Below, one piece after another: positions 22,001 through 28,831 of a stretch of DNA of 64,000 nt. The notes under the pieces are model-generated. The model did no database searches. It had not been told where the DNA came from and saw nothing but the letters and a program-made list of their open reading frames with translations. The stretch's first letter is position 1. The number at the start of each line of letters is the position of its first letter. The position numbers were made by a program, and so were the translations under genes. This stretch comes from Corallococcus sp. AS-1-12. GTDB lineage: Bacteria; Myxococcota; Myxococcia; Myxococcales; Myxococcaceae. Location of the stretch: contig NZ_JAIQDD010000010.1 in NCBI RefSeq assembly GCF_020036995.1, forward strand, positions 97,433-161,432, in the 5' to 3' direction.

Positions 22001-23052
22001 GCGAGCCGCTGGTCCAGGTGCGCGACCTGAAGGTGCACTTCCCGGTGAAGGGCGGCCTGCTGGGCCGCACGCGCGGCACGGTGCGCGCGGTGGACGGCGT
22101 GTCCTTCGACGTCGCCCGGGGCGAGACGCTGGGCCTGGTGGGGGAGAGCGGCTGCGGCAAGAGCACCCTGGGGCGCGCGGTGCTGCGCCTCATCGACCCG
22201 ACCTCCGGCTCCATCCGCGTGGCCGGGCGCGAGCTGACCGGCCTGTCGCAGCGCGAGCTGCGTCCGCTGCGCCGCCAGATGCAGCTCGTCTTCCAGGACC
22301 CGTACGCGTCGCTCAACCCGCGCATGACGGTGGGGGACATCCTCGCGGAGCCCTTCGCCATCCACGGCCTGGCGAAGGGCAGGGCGCGCGAGGACGAGGT
22401 GCTGGCGCTGCTCGACGCCATGGGGCTGCCCCGCGAGGCGCGCCAGCGCTACCCGCACGAGTTCTCCGGCGGCCAGCGTCAACGCATTGGCATTGCACGT
22501 GCCATCGCGTTGCGTCCAGACCTGGTGGTGGCGGATGAGCCCATCAGCGCGCTGGACGTCTCCATCCAGGCGCAGATCGTCAACCTGCTGGTGGACCTGC
22601 AGCGCGAGCGCGGCCTCACCTACGTCTTCATCGCGCACGACCTGAAGATCGTCGAGTACGTGTCCACGCGCGTGGCGGTGATGTACCTGGGGCGCATCGT
22701 GGAGGTGGCGCCGTCGCGGGCGCTGTACGCCGGGCCTCGCCACCCGTACACGCAGGCCCTGCTGTCCGCGGTGCCGGTGCCGGATCCGGAGCGCCCCGGC
22801 ACGCGCCTGCTGCTGCCGGGAGAGCCGCCTTCGCCCCTGTCGCCGCCGTCCGGTTGCGCGTTCCATCCGCGCTGCCCGCATGCGATGGAGCGCTGCCGCC
22901 GCGAGTCACCGCCGCTGTATCCCCTGGGCGGTGGCCACGCCGCGGCGTGCTTCCTGGCCGAAGGGGATTCGCGCGACGTACAGGACGGGCCCGCCGTTTC
23001 CGCGTCCGGAGGAGGTGCCGGTGTTCTGGCTCAGCCATCATCACGCGGATGA
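21997..23052 (+). CDS. ABC transporter ATP-binding protein, OppF/DppF-like
   Basis: Walker A (GESGCGKST), signature (FSGGQRQR), Walker B ([12 protein letters not shown]). ATGA overlap with the OppD-like gene. Confidence 0.85.
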
Positions 23053-23428
23053 GTACAACCGCACGTACGTGCTCGCGGGCGTGCGCGTGTGCGCGCGGTG
23101 CCTGGGCACGTACCCGGTGCTCGCGGGCGTGTTCCTCGCGTTGTTCGCGCTGAAGGCGCCGCTGCGGTGGGAGTGGGACGTGCCGGCGGTGCTGGCCCTC
23201 ACGCTGCCCGCGCTCGTGGACTGGGCGGTGGGACGCTTCCGGCCCGCTTCGGGTTCCAACGCGGTGCGCACGCTGACGGGCGTCCTGCTGGGAGTGGGGC
23301 TCGGCCGCTCGCTGTACGTGCATGTGCAGCGCCCGTTGCCGGCGGTGCTGCTGGCGCAGGCACTTCTGGTGACAGGGGTGGCGGTCCCTGTCATTCTCGC
23401 CACTTACCGGCGGCCACGGCCGGAATAG
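23021..23428 (+). CDS. DUF2085-like small membrane protein
   Basis: CARCLGTYP motif typical of DUF2085. 3-4 TM helices. GGAGGAGG RBS 5 nt upstream of GTG 23021. Confidence 0.5.
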   Translation: MFWLSHHHADEYNRTYVLAGVRVCARCLGTYPVLAGVFLALFALKAPLRWEWDVPAVLALTLPALVDWAVGRFRPASGSNAVRTLTGVLLGVGLGRSLYVHVQRPLPAVLLAQALLVTGVAVPVILATYRRPRPE

Positions 23429-23459
23429 ACCTTTCGCGCACGGCTGTCCGTTACAGGCC

Positions 23460-24140
23460 GTGGGCGGTGAAGGGGATGGCACCCGTGGCTTCATGGGCAC
23501 TGGGGGAAGTTTGGCACCCGAAACCTCAGACGAGCAGTTGATGCTCGCCTTCCAGGCGGGAAACGCGCGTGCGTTCGAAGCGTTGGTGCGCAAGCACCGC
23601 GCGCCGGTGTTCAACTTCATCCTGCGCTTCGTGGGCCACCGGGCGCGGGCGGAGGACGTGCTGCAGGAGACCTGGCTCAAGGTGGTCCGCAGCGCCCGGG
23701 AATACGAGCCCAAGGCCCGGTTCACGACCTGGCTGTACACCATCGCGAGGAACCTCTGCGTGGACAGCACGCGCAAAGAGAGCTACCGCCAGGCGACGTC
23801 CCTGGAAGCCCCCTCGGCGGGTGCCGACGGCGACGAGGGACGTCCGCTGGGCGAGGGGCTGCCGGATGCCGGGGCCAGCCCGGAGCGCGGCGCGCACAAC
23901 GCCCGCCTCCGGCCCCTGCTGGAGCGGGCCCTGTCGGCCCTGCCGGAGGAGCAACGCGAGGTGTTCGTGCTGCGCGAGTACAGCGGCATCCCGTTCAAGG
24001 AGATCGCCGAGGTGACGGGCGTGTCCGAGAACACGGTGAAGAGCCGCATGCGCTACGCGCTGGAGGGCCTGCGCCGCCGCCTGGGTGAGCTGGGCGTGGA
24101 CGGCGACCTGTCGGAGGATGGAAGGACGGTGGCGGGATGA
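23460..24140 (+). CDS. ECF (sigma-70 family group IV) sigma factor
   Basis: Region 2 (FEALVRKHRAPVFNFILRFVGHRARAEDVLQETWLKV) and region 4 (EQREVFVLREYSGIPFKEIAEVTGVSENTVKSRM). Confidence 0.85.
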   Translation: MGGEGDGTRGFMGTGGSLAPETSDEQLMLAFQAGNARAFEALVRKHRAPVFNFILRFVGHRARAEDVLQETWLKVVRSAREYEPKARFTTWLYTIARNLCVDSTRKESYRQATSLEAPSAGADGDEGRPLGEGLPDAGASPERGAHNARLRPLLERALSALPEEQREVFVLREYSGIPFKEIAEVTGVSENTVKSRMRYALEGLRRRLGELGVDGDLSEDGRTVAG

Positions 24141-25558
24141 ATGCCCAGAATGCCCACGCGCACGAGGACCGGCTCCTCGACTTCGCCTACGGCGAGCTCC
24201 CCGCGTCGGAGGCCCACGCGCTGGAGCAGCACGTCCAGGGCTGCGCGCGCTGCACGAAGGCGCTGGCGGACATCCGCGGCGTGCGCACCGCCATGGCGCA
24301 GTTGTCCTCGGAGCCCGCGCCGGACGCGGGCCTGGAGTCGCTGCTCGCGTACGCGCAGCAGTCCGCGCGCCGCGCCGCCGCCGGCCCCGAGCCGAAGCCC
24401 TCGCGCTGGCGCCGCTTCCTCTTGCCCGCGGTGGGCCTGGCCACGGTGGGCACCTTCGGCCTCCTGACGTTGACGGTGCGCGAGAACCTCGACCTGTCGC
24501 CGAACCTGTCACAGCGGGCCGCCCCCAGCGCGGCGATGGAGGCGGCGAAGGTCGCCCCCGTCGCCCCGGCCCCCGCGCCGTCGAGCGCGCCCCTCGAAGG
24601 GGACGCACCCGAGGGCGGCTCGGAGGCCCTGGCGGCCGCGCCGGGCGCGATGGAGCTCAACCGCAATCAGATGGAGACCAAGGCCCAGCGCAAGGGCACC
24701 GCCGCGGCCCGCCCGTCGGACTGGATGAACGCGGGCAGCGGGGGCGCGCTGCTGGAGCGCCGCGCGGACGCGGAGGCTCCGAAGAAGAAGGTGGCCAAGG
24801 CCGTCCGGGACGCGGACGGCGAGTTCGCCGCGCTCGAGCCGCCTCCGGCCGCGCTGGAGGCGCCGTCGAAGGAAGCGGAGGCCCATGACAGCTTCCTCGC
24901 GAAGGACGAGCCCGCGCGGGGGCGCGCCTCGGCCAAGGTCAGCGACAAGGCGCTGGCCACGAAGGGCGACTCCCTCCGGTTGGGTGAGGCGGCCTATGGC
25001 CGTGGGCTCGTCTCGGATGACGCAGAGGACACGTCCGCGAGCGCGCCTCCGCCGCCGCCTCCTCCCGTTGCCTCCGCGCCCGTGGTGCAGGCCGTGCCCA
25101 TGGCCCCCGCGAGCGTGGGCTCCATCGGCGGTGCGTCGCCGCCGTCCACGCGCGCTCCCGCCGCGCCCAAGGAGGAGTCCGCCCGGGCCGAGGCCGCGAA
25201 GCCCGCTCCCATGGAGAAGTCCGCGTCCCAGGAGGCGATGACGGCGCGCGACCTGTCCGCCCAGGCCCAGGCCGCCGCGAACCAGGGTGACCGCGCCCGG
25301 GAGGCACGGCTGCTGCGCGCCGCGCTCGCGGCCGGAGCCAGCGGCAGCGAGAGGCTGGCCCTGCTCTCACGGCTCTGCGAGTCCGAGTCCGCCCAGGGCC
25401 GGACCCGGGAGGCCGCCGCCGTCTGCGGGCAGATCATCAAGGAGGCCCCCGGCTCCAGCGCGGCGCAGCTCGCCCAGCGCCGCCTGCGTCAGGCCTCGCC
25501 CCCCACGGCGCCGGCGTCCGCGCCGGCCAAGGCCGCTCCTTCCCAGCCCGCGCAGTAG
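24137..25558 (+). CDS. anti-sigma factor (zf-HC2 N-terminus, single TM, long Ala/Pro-rich periplasmic domain)
   Basis: ATGA overlap with the sigma gene. HxxxC...CxxC zinc-finger anti-sigma motif (HALEQHVQGCARCTKAL). TM segment (FLLPAVGLATVGTFGLLTLTV). Confidence 0.75.
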   Translation: MNAQNAHAHEDRLLDFAYGELPASEAHALEQHVQGCARCTKALADIRGVRTAMAQLSSEPAPDAGLESLLAYAQQSARRAAAGPEPKPSRWRRFLLPAVGLATVGTFGLLTLTVRENLDLSPNLSQRAAPSAAMEAAKVAPVAPAPAPSSAPLEGDAPEGGSEALAAAPGAMELNRNQMETKAQRKGTAAARPSDWMNAGSGGALLERRADAEAPKKKVAKAVRDADGEFAALEPPPAALEAPSKEAEAHDSFLAKDEPARGRASAKVSDKALATKGDSLRLGEAAYGRGLVSDDAEDTSASAPPPPPPPVASAPVVQAVPMAPASVGSIGGASPPSTRAPAAPKEESARAEAAKPAPMEKSASQEAMTARDLSAQAQAAANQGDRAREARLLRAALAAGASGSERLALLSRLCESESAQGRTREAAAVCGQIIKEAPGSSAAQLAQRRLRQASPPTAPASAPAKAAPSQPAQ

Positions 25559-25576
25559 GGAAGGGCGGCAGTCCAC

Positions 25577-25879
25577 ATGACCGATGCGGCCGGGGCCCGG
25601 GTCCTGGATAATGGGGACATGACGTCGGACGTGCACGCTCCCCCCGTGAACAGCCCCCGGAAGTCGCCGCCGCGCTCCCCGCGCCGGGCCCGCCGTGGCC
25701 AGGCCATGGTGGAGTACTCGATGATCAACTGGGTGTTGATCGTCGGGCTCGTCATCGGCGCCACGGTGAAGATCCGCTGGACGGACGACCGGCAGACCAA
25801 CGTCATCGACCTGTTCCTCGAGGCGTATCAGATTTATTACGACTCGTTTTACTTCGTGCTGAACCTGCCGTTCCCCTGA
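25577..25879 (+). CDS. candidate Flp/Fap-family prepilin
   Basis: GXXXXEY Flp processing motif (G-QAMV-EY) followed by a hydrophobic stretch (SMINWVLIVGLVIGATV). The predicted mature part is short (~57 aa). It lies immediately upstream of cpaB-tadB-tadC. Confidence 0.5.
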   Translation: MTDAAGARVLDNGDMTSDVHAPPVNSPRKSPPRSPRRARRGQAMVEYSMINWVLIVGLVIGATVKIRWTDDRQTNVIDLFLEAYQIYYDSFYFVLNLPFP

Positions 25880-25991
25880 GGGACGCCAGGGCCGCGGATC
25901 AACCCGCTGCGTCGAGCCGTCCTCCCCCTGGGCGGGCAGGCTCCGTGAGCGCTGGAGGTCCCGGGATTCCGCTTTGTCACGAGAGGTGGTT

Positions 25992-26021
25992 TTGACACCC
26001 GATGTGGGGCATGGCTAACAT
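25992..26021 (+). promoter_or_regulatory. sigma-70-like promoter candidate upstream of cpaB
   Basis: TTGACA, an 18-nt spacer, then TAACAT, located ~90 nt upstream of the CpaB start. Confidence 0.3.
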
Positions 26022-26111
26022 CTTGCTCCGTTCGCGCCCTGGCATCGCCCCCTCGTCCAAAGCAGTCCTGCCGCCACGACGGCGCCCCACCGTTCTGGAG
26101 GACCTTGAACC

Positions 26112-26930
26112 ATGTTGAAGGGTAAGACCCCGCTCGTCGTCGCACTGGTGCTCGGTTTGCTCGCGGGCATCGTGGCCTACTCGGCCATCAAGAAGAAGGA
26201 ATCGGATGTGCGCCGCGGGTGGAACCTGGTGCCCGTGGTGGTGGCGGGCCAGGACATGCCCGAGGGTTCGGTCATCACGTACGAGATGATCTCCCAGCGC
26301 TCCGTGCCGGAGCAGTTCGTCACCTCGTCGGTGGTGAAGCCGGACTCCGCCAACTACATCGTGAACCAGAAGGTGCTGGTGGCGCTGCAGGCCGGCGACC
26401 CCATCCTCTGGAGCCAGTTCGAGACGACGAAGGCCGCCGAGCGCCTGTCCACGAAGGTGCAGAAGAAGGCGCGCGCCATCACCATCGAGGCGAAGCAGAC
26501 CACGTCCGTGGGCGGGTGGATCCGCCCGAACGATCACGTGGACATCATCGGCACGTTCCGCGATCCGCAGACGGACGAGAGCGTCGCGGTGACGCTGCTG
26601 CAGAACATCATCGTGGTCGCCACGGGCAAGATCACCGGCACCACGAACATCAACCTCATCCCGGAGAACCAGCGCGAGTACTCCAACGTCTCGCTGATGG
26701 TGCTGCCGGAAGAGGCGGAGATCCTGGTGCTGGCGGCGGAGCTGGGGCAGTTGACCCTGTCCCTGCGCAACGAGGACGACGTGGACCTCATCGAGGAGCG
26801 TGGCCGCGCGACCATCAGCACGCTGCTCTCCGGTGAGCGCACCCGCGTGCTGGAGCAGAAGCGCCGGGAGATCATCCAGATCATCAAGGGCAGTGGCGGC
26901 GGCGAGAAGGCCTCGGCCGGAGCTCCGTAG
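26112..26930 (+). CDS. cpaB: Flp pilus assembly protein CpaB/RcpC homolog
   Basis: N-terminal TM (LVVALVLGLLAGIVAY) plus an SAF/CpaB periplasmic domain. Confidence 0.85.
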   Translation: MLKGKTPLVVALVLGLLAGIVAYSAIKKKESDVRRGWNLVPVVVAGQDMPEGSVITYEMISQRSVPEQFVTSSVVKPDSANYIVNQKVLVALQAGDPILWSQFETTKAAERLSTKVQKKARAITIEAKQTTSVGGWIRPNDHVDIIGTFRDPQTDESVAVTLLQNIIVVATGKITGTTNINLIPENQREYSNVSLMVLPEEAEILVLAAELGQLTLSLRNEDDVDLIEERGRATISTLLSGERTRVLEQKRREIIQIIKGSGGGEKASAGAP

Positions 26931-26942
26931 TCGTCGCGCGCG

Positions 26943-26971
26943 GGGCCGCTTCGCCAACGCTGAAGCGGCCC
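26943..26971 (+). other. intercistronic stem-loop between cpaB and tadB
   Basis: Perfect 10-bp stem GGGCCGCTTC/GAAGCGGCCC with a 9-nt loop and no U-tract. Confidence 0.4.
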
Positions 26972-27008
26972 TGCCGACCCCTCCCTCATCCCCCGGGGAT
27001 TCGCGCCC

Positions 27009-27854
27009 ATGCTCGCAGGTATCGTCCTCCTTCTCGTCACCGGCTCGGTGTTCTTCTTCAGCCTGGTGATCTTCAGCGTCCTGTCGAAGGCGTATGAGCA
27101 GTACCAGGAGCGCTACGTCGCCAAGTCGATGAACGACTTGAGCGACATGTTCCTCTTCATCGACGCGCGGCAGATGTTGATCCTCAACATCGCCTGCATG
27201 TGCCTTCTGGGCATCCTCAGCTACATCATCTTCAACCCCATCCTGGCGGTGCTCGCGACCATCTTCGGCTTCTTCCTGCCGATGCTGCTCGTGAAGCACT
27301 ACCGCAAGCGCCGCATCAAGAAGTTCAACGTGCAGTTGGTGGACGCGCTGCAGGCCATGGCCAACGCGTTCAAGGCGGGCCTCACGTTCCCGCAGGCCAT
27401 CGAGCACGTGGCGCGCGAGGCGCTGCCGCCCCTGTCCCAGGAGTTCGGCCTCTTCGTGAAGGAAGTGAAGCTGGGCGTGCCGCTGGAGGAGGCGCTCATC
27501 AACATGGGCCGCCGCGTGGGCAGCGACGACCTGGAGCTGGTGGTGGTGTCCACCAACATCGCGCGCCAGTTGGGCGGCAACATGGCGGAGATGTTCGAGA
27601 CCATCTCCACGGTGATCCGCGAGCGCTTCCGTCTGGAAGGCAAGATCGACGCGCTGACGTCCCAGGGCAAGCTTCAAGGCTGGATCGTGGCGGCCATGCC
27701 GGCGGTGCTGGGCATGGTGCTCAACTACATGCGTCCGGACCTGATGGAGCCGATGATGAACCACATCTTCGGCTACATCCTGGTGACCCTGATCGCCATC
27801 ATGGAGATCATGGGCATCCTCATCATCCGGCGCATCGTCAACATCGACATCTGA
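27009..27854 (+). CDS. tadB: TadB-like platform protein (T2SS-F/GspF family)
   Basis: T2SSF-type domain with 3 TM segments (GLTFPQAIEHVAREALPPLSQEFG...). Confidence 0.8.
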   Translation: MLAGIVLLLVTGSVFFFSLVIFSVLSKAYEQYQERYVAKSMNDLSDMFLFIDARQMLILNIACMCLLGILSYIIFNPILAVLATIFGFFLPMLLVKHYRKRRIKKFNVQLVDALQAMANAFKAGLTFPQAIEHVAREALPPLSQEFGLFVKEVKLGVPLEEALINMGRRVGSDDLELVVVSTNIARQLGGNMAEMFETISTVIRERFRLEGKIDALTSQGKLQGWIVAAMPAVLGMVLNYMRPDLMEPMMNHIFGYILVTLIAIMEIMGILIIRRIVNIDI

Positions 27855-27867
27855 AGCGAGGCGCACC

Positions 27868-28758
27868 GTGCAGGAAGTCCTGACATTTCTGCTGATGGGC
27901 GGCTCGGCACTGCTGACCGCGGGCGCGGTGGCGTTCCTGGGCATCGGCCTGTACACCAACCTCCTGGAGCGCTTCCTCACGGAAGTCCGCGACGAGTCCG
28001 CGGGCGGCATGAAGGGCGCGGGCTCCGTCGCCATCCGCAAGCTGGGCGCGATGAACCGGCGCTTCATGTGGCCGGGCTACGAGTCCAAGACGCGCCGCAA
28101 GCTGATCAAGGCGGGCGAGCCGTCCCAGTACAAGCCCGAGGACATCATGGCGCTGCAGGAGGTGAGCGCCTTCCTGGGCCTGCTGGTGGGCCTGTTCGTC
28201 GCCAACGGCATCGGGGCGAACCTGGCGTGGTCGCTGCTGGTGATGCTGCTGGGCCTGTTCTATCCGCTCATCTGGTTGAACGACCAGGTGAAGCGCCGTC
28301 ACCTGGCCATCAGCCGCGCGCTTCCGTACAACCTGGACCTGCTGACGCTGTCGGTGGAAGCGGGCATGGACTTCACGGGCGCGCTGGCGAAGGTGGTGGA
28401 GAAGGGCCGCCAGGGGCCGCTGCGCGAGGAGCTGCAGTTGGTGCTCAAGCAGCTCAAGATGGGCAAGACGCGTGAAGAGGCGCTCAAGGGCATGATCGTG
28501 CGCGTGGACCTGCCGTCGCTGACGACGTTCGTCACGGCGCTGATCCAGGCGGACAAGATGGGCACGAGCCTGGGCAAGGTGCTGCGCATCCAGTCCACGC
28601 AGATGCGCATCGACCGCACGCAGCGCGCGGAGAAGCTGGCGGGTGAGGCACCGGTGAAGATGCTCTTCCCGCTCATCGCGTGCATCTTCCCGACGGTGTT
28701 CATGGTGCTCTTCGGGCCCATCGTGTTCCAGTTCATGTTCGGCAACGTCGGGGGCTAG
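27868..28758 (+). CDS. tadC: TadC-like platform protein (T2SS-F/GspF family)
   Basis: T2SSF-type domain (LPYNLDLLTLSVEAGMDFTGALAKVVEKG). Confidence 0.8.
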   Translation: MQEVLTFLLMGGSALLTAGAVAFLGIGLYTNLLERFLTEVRDESAGGMKGAGSVAIRKLGAMNRRFMWPGYESKTRRKLIKAGEPSQYKPEDIMALQEVSAFLGLLVGLFVANGIGANLAWSLLVMLLGLFYPLIWLNDQVKRRHLAISRALPYNLDLLTLSVEAGMDFTGALAKVVEKGRQGPLREELQLVLKQLKMGKTREEALKGMIVRVDLPSLTTFVTALIQADKMGTSLGKVLRIQSTQMRIDRTQRAEKLAGEAPVKMLFPLIACIFPTVFMVLFGPIVFQFMFGNVGG

Positions 28759-28831
28759 TCCTCTGCCCATCCTGCTCACCATCACCCAGGGGCTCCAGGT
28801 TGGACGGGAGCTCGCCTTCGAGCAGGCCGAA

